From NCBI GenBank assembly GCA_963826115.1, contig CAWGVS010000002.1, positions 128,001-192,000 on the forward strand: DNA of 64,000 bases, given 5' to 3'. The translations under genes were made by a program, and so were the position numbers. This DNA comes from an uncultured Candidatus Rokubacteria bacterium (GTDB lineage: Bacteria > Methylomirabilota > Methylomirabilia > Rokubacteriales > DASRDR01). The notes under the pieces are model-generated. The model was given only the letters and a program-made list of their open reading frames with translations, had not been told where the DNA came from and ran no database searches. Shown here piece after piece: positions 49,178-59,130 of this stretch (its first letter is position 1; each line of letters opens with the position of its first letter).

Positions 49178-50404
49178 ATGGCGTCAGACTCGCCGGACAC
49201 AGCCATTCACACGTCGATCTCGCGACGCAGACTCATCACCGGGGTCGGCTTGGCCGCCGGGGCGGCCGTCATGGCTCCCCGACTCGGGCGGGCCCAGACG
49301 GGGCCCATGGCCCCGCCGAGCACGATCACGACGCCGCCGCGGGACTTCGGCCCGAACGGCGCGCCGACCACCTACTTCACGGACCCCGACGTCCTCAGCG
49401 TGGACCCGATGTTCAACGGCATCGCCCAGCCGAACAGCGCCATCCAGCGCCTGTGGACCGGCGCGCTCTGGGCGGAGGGGCCGGCGTGGAGCGGCCAGGG
49501 CCGCTACCTGGTCTTCAGCGACATCCCCAACAACCGGCAGATGCGGTGGGTCGAGGACACCGGCCACGTCAGCGTCTTCCGGATGCCGTCCAACAACAGC
49601 AACGGCAACACGTTCGACTTCCAGGGCCGCCAGCTCTCGTGCGAGCACCTGACGCGCCGGGTGGTCCGCTACGAGCACGACGGCTCCATCACCATCCTCG
49701 CGGAGGCGTTCGAGGGCAAGCGTCTGAACTCCCCGAACGACGTCGTCCCCCATCCGGACGGGAGCTACTGGTTCACCGACCCGCCGTACGGCGGGCAGCT
49801 CTACGAGGGCGCGCCGGACGCCGCGGGCGGGCCCAGCAACCCGGCCGGGCGCCTGAAGAACCGGCTGGGGCAGGCCGCGGAGATCGGCGGGGCGAAGCGG
49901 GAGCTCCCAACGAACTGCTACCGGATCGACCCCAGCGGGCGCATCGACCTCGTCATCACCGAGGCCCAGGTGCCCGATCCGAACGGGCTCTGCTTCTCCC
50001 CCGACTACAAGAAGCTCTACGTCGCCAGCACCGGGAAGGGTCCGGGCGACCAGGGACCCGGTGGCAAGGGCGACATCCACGTCTTCGACGTGGGGAGCGA
50101 CAACAAGGTCTCCAACCAGAAGCTCTTCTCCGACTGCATGGTGGACGGCGTCAAGTGCGGGCCGGACGGCGTCCGCTGCGACGTGGACGGCAACCTCTGG
50201 ACGTCGAGCAACGCGGGCCGCGCGGTCGGCTACAGCGGGGTCCTCGTGTTCACGCCGGAGGCGAAGCTGATCGGGCGCATCCGGCTCCCGGAGATCTGCG
50301 GGAACGTCGCCTTCGGCGGCCCGAAGCGGAACCGCCTCTTCATGGCCGGCAGCCAGTCGCTGTACGCCGTCTACGTCAACACCCAGGGGGCCGCGCCGGG
50401 CTAG
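49178..50404 (+). CDS. SMP-30/gluconolactonase family protein with Tat signal
   Basis: SRRRLI Tat-like leader, WAEGP, FSDIPN, SNGN, LNSPND, FTDP, PNGLCFSPD and PDGVRCD. Confidence 0.92.
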   Translation: MASDSPDTAIHTSISRRRLITGVGLAAGAAVMAPRLGRAQTGPMAPPSTITTPPRDFGPNGAPTTYFTDPDVLSVDPMFNGIAQPNSAIQRLWTGALWAEGPAWSGQGRYLVFSDIPNNRQMRWVEDTGHVSVFRMPSNNSNGNTFDFQGRQLSCEHLTRRVVRYEHDGSITILAEAFEGKRLNSPNDVVPHPDGSYWFTDPPYGGQLYEGAPDAAGGPSNPAGRLKNRLGQAAEIGGAKRELPTNCYRIDPSGRIDLVITEAQVPDPNGLCFSPDYKKLYVASTGKGPGDQGPGGKGDIHVFDVGSDNKVSNQKLFSDCMVDGVKCGPDGVRCDVDGNLWTSSNAGRAVGYSGVLVFTPEAKLIGRIRLPEICGNVAFGGPKRNRLFMAGSQSLYAVYVNTQGAAPG

Positions 50405-50524
50405 CCGCGCCGAGCACCCCGGATTCACGAGAGCCCGGCGCCGGTCAATGGCGTCGGGCTCTCGTCCTCGCACCGCGCTCCCATCCCGTTCACGGCACCA
50501 GGCCCGGAGGTCGCAGACCCAGCC

Positions 50525-51880
50525 ATGAGCATCCTCATCCGAGACGCGACGGTCATCACGGTGGACGCCCGGCGCCGCATCCTCGAGCCCGGCGCGGTCT
50601 ACGTCGACGGGGCGCGCATCGTCGACGTGGGCCCGAGCGACGAGGTCGTCCGCCGGCACCCGACCGCGGGCCGGGTCATCGACGGCCGGCGCAAGGTCGT
50701 CATCCCCGGGCTCGTCAGCGCGCACAACCACGTCGGCTACACGCTCTTCCGCGGCCGGGCCGAGGACGCGGGCCTCGGCTGTGTCACCGGCATGTACTTC
50801 CCGATGACGACCGTCGTCACGCGCCCGGAGCGCCTGGCGGTGGGCTCTCTCACCTACGCGGAGCTCCTGCAGAGCGGCGTGACGACCGCGCTCGAGATGG
50901 AGGAGGACGCCGACGTCTACGCGCCCTTCGTGGAGCGGCTCGGAATCCGGAGCCTCATGGGCGTCATGACCCTCGACGTCGACGTGGACGGGCTCCGCCA
51001 CAACCGGTACCACTACGACCCCGCCCTCCGGCGGGCCCAGCTCCGCCAGGCCGTCGAGTTCGCCGAGGCCTGGCACGGCAAGGCCGACGGCCGGATCTCG
51101 GTCATCATGGCGCCGAACATGACGATCAGCTCCTCGCCGGAGCTGCTCCGGGAATCCCGCGCCGCCGCCGACCGCCTGGGGCTGCGCCTCAGCATTCACC
51201 TCGGCTGGGGTCCGGCCGAGGGGGTCGCCATCCGCCGACTCCACGGCGTCGGGGCGTTCGAGTACGCGCGGGCCAACGGGCTCCTCGCCCCCGACGTCGT
51301 CGCGGCGCACTGCTACGTCATCGAGGACCCGGACATCGCGCTTCTCGCGGAGACGCGCACGGCCGTCGCGCACTGTCCGCTCATGAACTCGGTCCGCGGC
51401 CTCATCGCGCCCGTCGGCGAGTTCCGGCGCCGCGGCATCACCGTCGGTCTCGGCATCGACAACATGTTCGCCGACTACTTCGACGTGATCCGCGCGTGCG
51501 TCCTGATGGCGCGCATCAAGGAGCGGAACGCGCTGACGATGCTCACGCCCGAGGCGCTCGAGCTCGCCACGATGGGCGGCGCGCGGGCGCTCGGCCTCGA
51601 CCGCGAGATCGGGTCCATCGAGACGGGCAAGCGCGCGGACCTGGTGGTGCTCGACTACCGGGCCTTCGGCCTCACGCCCACCCTCGACCCCATCCAGAAT
51701 CTCGTCTACCACGGCCACTCGAAGGACGTGGAGACCGTGCTCGTGGACGGCCGCGTCGTCGTCGACGGCCACCGCCTGGTCCACGCCGACGCCGGCGCGC
51801 TCCTGGACGCCGCGCAGGACGCCGCGACGGCCGCCTGGGGGCGCTTCGTCGCGAAGTACGGCGGGATCATGGCCGGGTAG
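50525..51880 (+). CDS. Metal-dependent amidohydrolase (MtaD/AtzA-like)
   Basis: PGLVSAHNH, SGVTT, AAHC, AHCP, GLGID, ATMGGARALG and GSIETGKRADL. Confidence 0.88.
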   Translation: MSILIRDATVITVDARRRILEPGAVYVDGARIVDVGPSDEVVRRHPTAGRVIDGRRKVVIPGLVSAHNHVGYTLFRGRAEDAGLGCVTGMYFPMTTVVTRPERLAVGSLTYAELLQSGVTTALEMEEDADVYAPFVERLGIRSLMGVMTLDVDVDGLRHNRYHYDPALRRAQLRQAVEFAEAWHGKADGRISVIMAPNMTISSSPELLRESRAAADRLGLRLSIHLGWGPAEGVAIRRLHGVGAFEYARANGLLAPDVVAAHCYVIEDPDIALLAETRTAVAHCPLMNSVRGLIAPVGEFRRRGITVGLGIDNMFADYFDVIRACVLMARIKERNALTMLTPEALELATMGGARALGLDREIGSIETGKRADLVVLDYRAFGLTPTLDPIQNLVYHGHSKDVETVLVDGRVVVDGHRLVHADAGALLDAAQDAATAAWGRFVAKYGGIMAG

Positions 51881-51903
51881 CGGGCCATCCGGGAACGACG
51901 GCG

Positions 51904-52638
51904 ATGACGAGCCCCGCCGAGCTTCGGGCCCGGATCCGCGTGTGCATGTTCGACCAGTACGGCACCGTCGTCGACATGCAGACGGGGCTCCGGGAGGCGG
52001 TCACGCCCTATCTCCGGCAGAAGGGCTGGGCCGGTGACCCCGACCAGTTCGTGACGTGGTGGCGGCGCACCCACTTCGAGAACTCGATGATCGACGCGCT
52101 CCTCCAGCGCGAGCACACGCCCTACCGGGAGATCGGCCATCGGTCGGTGGCCTGGGTGCTCGACCGCGCGGGCATCCCCCACACGCTGGACGAGGTGCGG
52201 CATCTAGTCGCGCAGATCGAGACGCTGCGCCCGTTTCCCGAAGTCCCCGACGCGCTCGCCCGTCTCCAGGCCCGCTTCAAGCTCGTCGTCCTCTCGAACG
52301 GCGACCCGGACATGCTCGAGGCGGCAAAGCCGCACCACCGGATCCCGTTCGACGCGGTCATCTCCGTGGCGATCGCCAATGCGTTCAAGCCACACGTGGC
52401 GACCTACACTCGCGCCGCCGAGATCCTGGACGTCCCGATGGCGGACGTCCTCTTCGTCGCCAACCACGCCTTCGACTGCGTCGGGGCCAAGTCCGCCGGC
52501 ATGCACAGCGCCTTCATCGACCGCCGCCGGCGGCCTTTCGGCGCGACGCCGCACCAGCCGGACCTGATCGTCGCCAGCATGACGGAGCTCGCGGACCTGC
52601 TCACCGGCGGGCCGAGTCCCGGAGGAGCAGACGGATGA
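51904..52638 (+). CDS. Haloacid dehalogenase type II
   Basis: FDQYGTVVD, WRR, LSNG, FKP, VANHAFD and GAKSAG. Confidence 0.85.
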   Translation: MTSPAELRARIRVCMFDQYGTVVDMQTGLREAVTPYLRQKGWAGDPDQFVTWWRRTHFENSMIDALLQREHTPYREIGHRSVAWVLDRAGIPHTLDEVRHLVAQIETLRPFPEVPDALARLQARFKLVVLSNGDPDMLEAAKPHHRIPFDAVISVAIANAFKPHVATYTRAAEILDVPMADVLFVANHAFDCVGAKSAGMHSAFIDRRRRPFGATPHQPDLIVASMTELADLLTGGPSPGGADG

Positions 52639-53321
52639 TCACCTGGCATCCCTCGAGACCTGTCCCCGCGCCCGCCGCTTTGGGCGCGTGCCTCCTGGCC
52701 GTGACGCTCGTCGGCTCGGACCGCCCGGCCGCCCTGGCCGGCGGCGCCGGGGTCTCGCGCCTCGCCCAGGCCACGCCCGCTCAGGCGGACCGACCGGTCA
52801 CGCTTCGGGGCAGCATCGTCAGCCTCGAGGGGACCCAGCTCCGCGTGGCCACCGCCACCGGCGTCGAGGCCGTCACCCTGGTCCCTCCGCTCACGGTCAC
52901 CGGGGCGAGCCGAGCCAGCCTCGCTGACATCGGCCCCGGGACGTTCCTCGGGACGGCCGCGCGCACTCAGCCGGACGGCACGTTCCGTGCGCTGGAGGTG
53001 CACATCTTCGACGAATCCATGCGCGGGACGGGCGAGGGGCATCGGCCCATGGACGCGCCCGGCACGACCATGACCAACGCGGCCGTCGACGCCCTCGTGC
53101 AACGGGCAGACGGCCCCCTCTTGACTCTCAAGCACAAGGATGGCGTGACGCAGGTCCTGGTGCCGCCCGAGGCGCCCATCGTGCGATTCGCACCGGGGAA
53201 CCCGAGCCTCCTCGTCGCGGGGGCCAGCGTCGCGGTGTTCCGAGCGACCCGGGCCACCGACGGCACCCTCAGCGCCTCGCGCCTCACCGTCGGCGTGAAC
53301 GGCACGCGGCTGCCGATGTAG
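52635..53321 (+). CDS. Exported tandem OB-fold-like hypothetical protein
   Basis: Hydrophobic leader, LRGSIVS, ALEVHIF-x4-RGTGEGHRP, MTNA and VPPEAPIV; ATGA overlap. Confidence 0.75.
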   Translation: MITWHPSRPVPAPAALGACLLAVTLVGSDRPAALAGGAGVSRLAQATPAQADRPVTLRGSIVSLEGTQLRVATATGVEAVTLVPPLTVTGASRASLADIGPGTFLGTAARTQPDGTFRALEVHIFDESMRGTGEGHRPMDAPGTTMTNAAVDALVQRADGPLLTLKHKDGVTQVLVPPEAPIVRFAPGNPSLLVAGASVAVFRATRATDGTLSASRLTVGVNGTRLPM

Positions 53322-53398
53322 ATCGAAGCCCGCTGGAGCACGTCACCTCGTTCGCGCTCGGGGCGAGCGTGAGCGCGTGGAAGCGGCCGCCCCTCGGT

Positions 53399-55024
53399 CT
53401 AGAGCTCCCAGGGCGGCTCGATCGCGACGGGGACCTCGATCAGCGCGGGGCCGCCCAGGGCCAGCGCCTGGTCGAGGGTCGACCGGAGCGCGTCGGCGTC
53501 CGCCGCGCGATAGGCCTCGACCCCGAAGGCCCGCGCCAGCGCGAGGACGTCCGGGCCCCCGAGGGCGTGCTCGCCGGTCCGCCCGTAGAGGCGGTGCTGG
53601 AGGTACCGGATCGCGCCGTAGTCCTGGTCATTCATGACGACGTACACGACCGGGAGGCGATACTTCGCGGCCGTGGCCAGCTCGGCCCCCGTGAACAGCA
53701 ACCCGCCGTCGCCGACGACCGCGACCACCGCACGGTCCGGGTGCGCCACCTTGGCGCCGATCGCCGCCGGGACGCCGTAGCCGAGCGTCGCCGAGCCGAT
53801 CGGGTAGAGGAACGTGCGCGGCGCGAAGACCGGCAGGTGCCACTCCATCCAGTAGTTCAGGCACGTCTGGTCGCCGACGAAGATCCCGTCCGCGGGAACC
53901 GCCTCGCGGAGGGCCCGGAGCAGGGCGTCGATGGTCGCCGTGTAGCGGGGGCTCCGCGCGTCGCGGGCCTGGCCGAGCGCCGCCCGGTCCCAGCGCGCGG
54001 CGGCAGTCCCGGCGGGCAGCGCCGCCAGGATGCCGGCGAGTCCGTCCCGCGCGTCCCCGACGAGCCCGAGCGCGGGCGCGTGCATGCGCCCGATGGCCCG
54101 CGGGTCCAGATCGAGCTGGATCAGCGCCTGCTCGGGGCGGAGCTCGAAGTTGAGGAGCAGCCCCCGGGTCGACCGGTGCGAGAAGCGGCAGCCAACCGAC
54201 AGGATCACGTCGGCGGACTCCAGCGCGGCCTGGGTGGCGCGACGGTTCGGCAGGACGCCCTGCCAGAGCGGGTCGGTCTCGGCGATGGCGCCGCGTCCCA
54301 TCACGGACGTGATCACGGGCGCCCGGAGCCGGCGCGCGAGCGCCTGGAGCTCGGCCGTCGCCTCCGCCGCGATGACGCCGCCGCCCGCGACCACGAGCGG
54401 CCGCTCAGCCCGGGCGAGATACCGAGCGGCCTCCTCGACGAGGCCGACGTCGCACGGCGGGCGGCGGCCGGCGCCCGCCGGCGTGAGCCGCGCGGCCGCG
54501 ACTCCCGTGAGGAGATCGGTCGGGATCGACAGCGCGACCGGCCCGGGCCGGCCGGTGCGGAAGAGGTGGAAGGCGCCCTGTACCGCGCCGGGGATCTCGG
54601 CGCCGCTTCGCAGCGCGTCCGCCCAGCGAGAGACCGGCCGGAAGCACTCGATCTGGTTCGGGACCTCGTGGAGCGCGCCCAGCTCCCGGCCGACCAGGGC
54701 GTTCGGGATGTCGGACATGACGAGGAGGAGCGGCTGGCACCCCGCGTGGGCCTCGACGAGCGGCGTGAGGGCGTTGGTCGCGCCGGGCCCGGTGGTCACC
54801 AGGATGACGCCGGGGCGCCCCGACGCGCGGGCGTAGCCGTCCGCCATGAATCCCGCGCCCTGCTCGTGCCGCGCGAGGACGTGCGCGATCCGGTCCTGAC
54901 GGAGGAGGGCGTCGTAGATCGCGAGGTTGTGGACGCCGGGGATCCCGAACACGTGGCGCACGCCCTCGGCGTCGAGCGCCGCGACGACCCACTCGCCCCC
55001 GGTGCGCGCCACCGTGTCACTCAC
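53399..55024 (-). CDS. Thiamine pyrophosphate-binding enzyme (acetolactate-synthase-like)
   Basis: VFGIPG, RHEQGAGFMADGYAR, TTGPGATN, LGYGVPAAIG and GDGG...N TPP motif. Confidence 0.92.
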   Translation of the reverse strand: MSDTVARTGGEWVVAALDAEGVRHVFGIPGVHNLAIYDALLRQDRIAHVLARHEQGAGFMADGYARASGRPGVILVTTGPGATNALTPLVEAHAGCQPLLLVMSDIPNALVGRELGALHEVPNQIECFRPVSRWADALRSGAEIPGAVQGAFHLFRTGRPGPVALSIPTDLLTGVAAARLTPAGAGRRPPCDVGLVEEAARYLARAERPLVVAGGGVIAAEATAELQALARRLRAPVITSVMGRGAIAETDPLWQGVLPNRRATQAALESADVILSVGCRFSHRSTRGLLLNFELRPEQALIQLDLDPRAIGRMHAPALGLVGDARDGLAGILAALPAGTAAARWDRAALGQARDARSPRYTATIDALLRALREAVPADGIFVGDQTCLNYWMEWHLPVFAPRTFLYPIGSATLGYGVPAAIGAKVAHPDRAVVAVVGDGGLLFTGAELATAAKYRLPVVYVVMNDQDYGAIRYLQHRLYGRTGEHALGGPDVLALARAFGVEAYRAADADALRSTLDQALALGGPALIEVPVAIEPPWEL

Positions 55025-55115
55025 GGATCGAGGGCCGCCCCCCGTCGGATCACGGTGCCCGCAGCGTAATCGGGGGCGCTCCCGACCGTCAAGGCGCGTC
55101 GCGCGGGTGGCCCCG

Positions 55116-57860
55116 TCAGAGGAGCTCGAATGCCTCCAGCGTCAGCCCGAGCGGCACCGGCCGGTCCCGGCCGACGACGGCCCGGACGGCCCGCGGCCCC
55201 CAGTCCTCGATCGCGTCGCCCGTGCGCGCTCCGCGCACGCCGATCAGGACGTGGGACCACCCCGGCATCCCCCTGAGATCCGCGCGACCGCCGACGGCGC
55301 CGAGCGCGCGCACGGCGCGCTCGCTGAGCTGGGACTCCGCCCCGTCCGTCGCGACCGCGACGACGATCGTGCCCTCCGGCCAGCCGCCCACGTACGCCGC
55401 GAGCCGCTCCGACTCCTCGCCGGGCTCGCGCGTGTCGAAGCGGCGCGTGCCCAGGACACGGCCGTCGGTCGGCGCCAGGGCCGCGACCCAGTAGCCGCGG
55501 CAGCGGACGCCCGCCAGCTCGCGCCCGTTGACCCGGACGGAGACGAGGCCGTGGGGGCCGCCCGCGCTCCGCACGTCCAGATCGACGGGGGAGGACTGCC
55601 CCGTCCTGCCGATCCGGTAGGGCGCGCTTCGCGTCACGGCCGACGGGATGTCGTAGACGTGCTGGAAGACCAGCTCGTTCCGATCGGCGTCGGGAAACGG
55701 CGGCGGCAGGACGGCGCGGCCGGACACGGGCCCGGTCGCGGTCTCGAGGAGCCGGCCGTTGAAGCGCACCTCGACCCGCCGGTGGACCTCCGGATCCTCC
55801 CCCGCGAGCCGGAGCGCGTACGCGGCCTGCGGGTGGCGCCGAACGAAGTCCGACGAGAACTGGCGGCGGATCACGGCGCCCGTCTCCGGCGTCGGGGTCA
55901 CCCGGTAGACCTCATCGTCGCGCTCGAACGTCCGGACGAGCCCCAGGCCCGGCACGCCACCCTCGCGCAGGAGCTCCCACATGGGCCGCCACGTCCGGCC
56001 GAGCCCCAGGCCGCGGTGGACGACGACGTACCGGACGGGATAGATCGCCCGGATGGCCGTGCTGAGCCGGTCGGGATCCCGCGCCTCGGCGGCCCACACC
56101 AGCTCCTCCCAGTGCGGGAGCGCGAAGCCGCCGTGCCCGTTCACGACGCGCTTGCCGTGGTCCACCGCCCAGAGCATCGCCCACGCGTCCGCGCCCTTGT
56201 CGTGGATCGGCAGCTGCAGGATGGCGAGGTCCCCGGGCTCGTCGCGGAGCCAGTCGTAGACCGCGGGCCTCGACGGGGACCGGTGCCAGGGCAGCGGCAC
56301 CACGGCCAGCTCCACCAGCACGAGGGCCAGCAGGGCGCCGGGCGCCAGCCGGGCCCACGGTCCGGAGAAGCGCGCCCCGATGGCGCGGACCCCCAGGGCC
56401 GCGAGCAGCGCGAGCGGGAGCGCGAAGACGAGGCTCCAGCGCCCCGGGGCCCGAAACGCGCTGCCGCCCGGCACGTGGAGGTACACCCAACGAAAGAGCG
56501 TCGCGCCCCACGCCTCGCCGAACAGGATGATGGTCGGCGCCAGACAGAGAAGGTAGGCGAGGAGCGCGAGGAACAGGAGCACGAGCATCCACTCTCGCGG
56601 TCCGAGGGCACCGCGGGCGCGGCGGCGCCCCTCGAGCCCGAGCCACACCAGGGCCAGCAACGGGAGCGCGTTCACCGCCAGGGTCAGGTCGCGAACCGCC
56701 AGCGCCCCGAGAACGCCCCCCCGCGGGGCCCGACCGAGCGCGAGGGCCAGCCCGATCGCGCCGAGGACGGCCGCCGCGAGACCGAGGAGGCCCCACCGCG
56801 CGCGACGCACCCATCCCGGGAGCGCCGGCGGGCCCGACGCCCGCGCGTGGAGGACGACGGCCGCCCCCGCCAGGAGGAGCGCCGCGAACCCCGGAAACAG
56901 GCCGCCCTCCGGCCGCCCGAGCGACATGAGGCGGTGCCGGTAGAAGCGGCTGAACTCCGCCGGATCCAGGATGGACAGGAGCTCCATCCCGAACACGTCG
57001 CCCTCCGCGAGGGTTCGCTGGAACCCGAGCTCCCGGTGCACGCTCACGTACGGCCACAGGAAGGGCGCGAGGGCGAGCCCGAGCCCGGCACCGGCCACCC
57101 CGAGGCGCCCGGCGAGGCTCCACGTCAGCCGATCCGGTCGGAGCACGAAGAGCCCGAGGAGGAGGCCGCCCACGAGGATCGCGAGCGCGTAGCCGTTGTA
57201 GAGCGACGACAGCATCTGGGCCCACCCGGCGACCGCCGCCAGCCACAGGTGGCCCGGCCGTCCGTCGATGACGAAGCGATACAGCGCCCAGACGATGAGC
57301 GGGAACAGCACCGCCTGCTGGTAGGTGAACTGCCCGAGGTGGTCCATGCGGTTCGGATAGAACGCGAAGATCGCGCCCGCCACGAGCCCCGGGATCACCC
57401 CGCCGGTCACCGCGCGCGTCAGCACGTACGTCAGGACGCCGCTCGCCGTCAGACCCGCGAGGAGGAGGAGGTTCACGGCCAGGAGCGGCTCGATCCCCGT
57501 CGCGAGGAGCGGCGCGGCCAGGAGTCCCGTGAAGAACGCCGACTGCTGGTACGCGACGCCGTTCGCGTAGGGGTAGTAGAAGGGCACCTGGAACAGGCGC
57601 GTGGGGTCGCGGAACGTCTGCCGCGCGTTCCACGCCACCATGCTGGTCTCGGTCAGGTAGTCGCCGTGGCCGCCCCGCAGGGTGAGCCGGGGGTGGAGGG
57701 CCAGCGGGTACGTGTAGACCACCGTGGCGGCGCCGAAGAAGGCCGTGATCAGGAGCGCGTGCGTCAGGCGCCGGAGCCGCGGCCGCGCGCCGCTCACGGG
57801 CCGCGCGGTCGCGACCGACGCGGTCCCGCCGGCCGGGCGGTCAGGCGAGGTCGCGGTCAA
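55116..57860 (-). CDS. Polytopic GT-C-like membrane protein with C-terminal ILEI/PANDER-like domain
   Basis: More than 12 TM segments, FYYPY, EGGLFPG, FRAPGR and VVNGHGGF. C-terminus RRFDT...PEGTIVVAVATDGA...WSHVLIGVRG. The start may be GTG 57797. Confidence 0.7.
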   Translation of the reverse strand: MTATSPDRPAGGTASVATARPVSGARPRLRRLTHALLITAFFGAATVVYTYPLALHPRLTLRGGHGDYLTETSMVAWNARQTFRDPTRLFQVPFYYPYANGVAYQQSAFFTGLLAAPLLATGIEPLLAVNLLLLAGLTASGVLTYVLTRAVTGGVIPGLVAGAIFAFYPNRMDHLGQFTYQQAVLFPLIVWALYRFVIDGRPGHLWLAAVAGWAQMLSSLYNGYALAILVGGLLLGLFVLRPDRLTWSLAGRLGVAGAGLGLALAPFLWPYVSVHRELGFQRTLAEGDVFGMELLSILDPAEFSRFYRHRLMSLGRPEGGLFPGFAALLLAGAAVVLHARASGPPALPGWVRRARWGLLGLAAAVLGAIGLALALGRAPRGGVLGALAVRDLTLAVNALPLLALVWLGLEGRRRARGALGPREWMLVLLFLALLAYLLCLAPTIILFGEAWGATLFRWVYLHVPGGSAFRAPGRWSLVFALPLALLAALGVRAIGARFSGPWARLAPGALLALVLVELAVVPLPWHRSPSRPAVYDWLRDEPGDLAILQLPIHDKGADAWAMLWAVDHGKRVVNGHGGFALPHWEELVWAAEARDPDRLSTAIRAIYPVRYVVVHRGLGLGRTWRPMWELLREGGVPGLGLVRTFERDDEVYRVTPTPETGAVIRRQFSSDFVRRHPQAAYALRLAGEDPEVHRRVEVRFNGRLLETATGPVSGRAVLPPPFPDADRNELVFQHVYDIPSAVTRSAPYRIGRTGQSSPVDLDVRSAGGPHGLVSVRVNGRELAGVRCRGYWVAALAPTDGRVLGTRRFDTREPGEESERLAAYVGGWPEGTIVVAVATDGAESQLSERAVRALGAVGGRADLRGMPGWSHVLIGVRGARTGDAIEDWGPRAVRAVVGRDRPVPLGLTLEAFELL

Positions 57861-59097
57861 GGCGGAGGAGCAGCTCCAGGAGCACCCGGGCGCCGGTCAC
57901 CAGGTGGTCGACGTCGGCCCACTCCTCCGGGCAGTGGCTGCGGCCGTCGCGGCAAGGGATGAAGAGGAGCCCGATCGGGCAGAGCCGCGCCATGTGATTC
58001 GCGTCGTGGCTGGCGCCGCTCGTGAGACGCCGGTGGGGGATCCCGAGCGCCGATGCCGCGGCGTCCGCGGCGGCCACCATCTCGGGCGCCACGGTGAGGG
58101 GCGGGTCCCGCATGAGGACGGTCCACTCGACGGCGACGGCGCGCCGCGCGGCGATCTCCCGTGTCCCGGTCTCGAAGCGCGCCAGCGTCTCGGCGATCGC
58201 GGGTGGGTCGATCCCACGGAAGTCCACGAGGAGATCCGCCTCCCCGGGGACGATGTTGATCATGTTCGGGCGCGCCTCGACGACGCCGACCGTCCCCACC
58301 ATCCCGCGGCCGGCCTCGCGCGCGACCTGCTCCACGAGCAGGACGATCTCCGCGGCCGCCGCGACCGCGTCCCGCCGATCCGCCATCGGCGTCCCGCCCG
58401 CGTGGTCCTGGCGGCCCCGCACCGCGACCCGGTAGCGGCTCGGCGCCGCGATGGCGGTCACCACGCCGAGCGGCAGACCCGCCCGGTCGAGCGAGACCGC
58501 CTGCTCGATGTGGAGCTCGAGGTACCGGAGGACGTCGCCGGACGACCGCCGCGCGCCGTCGAGGGCCGCGCCACGCCCGCCCACCGAGTCGACCGCGTCG
58601 GCGAGGCTCTGTCCCACGCGGTCGCGGAGCCCGACCGCGGTGGCGGCGTCCAGCTTGCCGCTCATCGCGCGGCTGCCGATCGTCGAGAGGCCGAAGTCCG
58701 ACGGCTCCTCGCAGGTGAAGTTGATCACCTCGAACGGGTGCGCGAGCCGGTGACCGGCCGCCTCGAGGCAGCGAGCCACCTCGAGGCCCGCCAGGACGCC
58801 CGCGATCCCGTCGAAGCGCCCGCCCGCCTCGACGGTGTCGAGATGCGAGCCGATCACGAGCGCGGGCCCCGGACCGCCGCGCCGCCCGATCTGGTTGCCG
58901 GCGGCGTCGACCGACGGGGTGAGCCCCGCCTCCGCCATCCGCCGGGTGAGCCACTGGCGCGCCGCGCGATCCTCGTCGGAGAAGGCCCGGCGCGTGTACG
59001 GCCGGTCCGGCCGCGTGAAGGCCTCGAGCGCGCGGAGGTCGGCCGCGAGCCGCTCCGGCGACGGGCGCGGCAGGCCCGCAGAGCGGGCGTCAGGCAC
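57841..59097 (-). CDS. M20 Zn-dependent hydrolase (N-carbamoyl-amino-acid/allantoate amidohydrolase family)
   Basis: DAAGN, GSHLDTV-x2-GGRFDG, CEE, ELHIEQ, HAGGTPM, SGASHDA and SHCPEE. Confidence 0.92.
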   Translation of the reverse strand: MPDARSAGLPRPSPERLAADLRALEAFTRPDRPYTRRAFSDEDRAARQWLTRRMAEAGLTPSVDAAGNQIGRRGGPGPALVIGSHLDTVEAGGRFDGIAGVLAGLEVARCLEAAGHRLAHPFEVINFTCEEPSDFGLSTIGSRAMSGKLDAATAVGLRDRVGQSLADAVDSVGGRGAALDGARRSSGDVLRYLELHIEQAVSLDRAGLPLGVVTAIAAPSRYRVAVRGRQDHAGGTPMADRRDAVAAAAEIVLLVEQVAREAGRGMVGTVGVVEARPNMINIVPGEADLLVDFRGIDPPAIAETLARFETGTREIAARRAVAVEWTVLMRDPPLTVAPEMVAAADAAASALGIPHRRLTSGASHDANHMARLCPIGLLFIPCRDGRSHCPEEWADVDHLVTGARVLLELLLRLDRDLA

Positions 59098-59130
59098 GCG
59101 CCGCGCTCCGCTGCCGGGCCGCGGCGGCGC

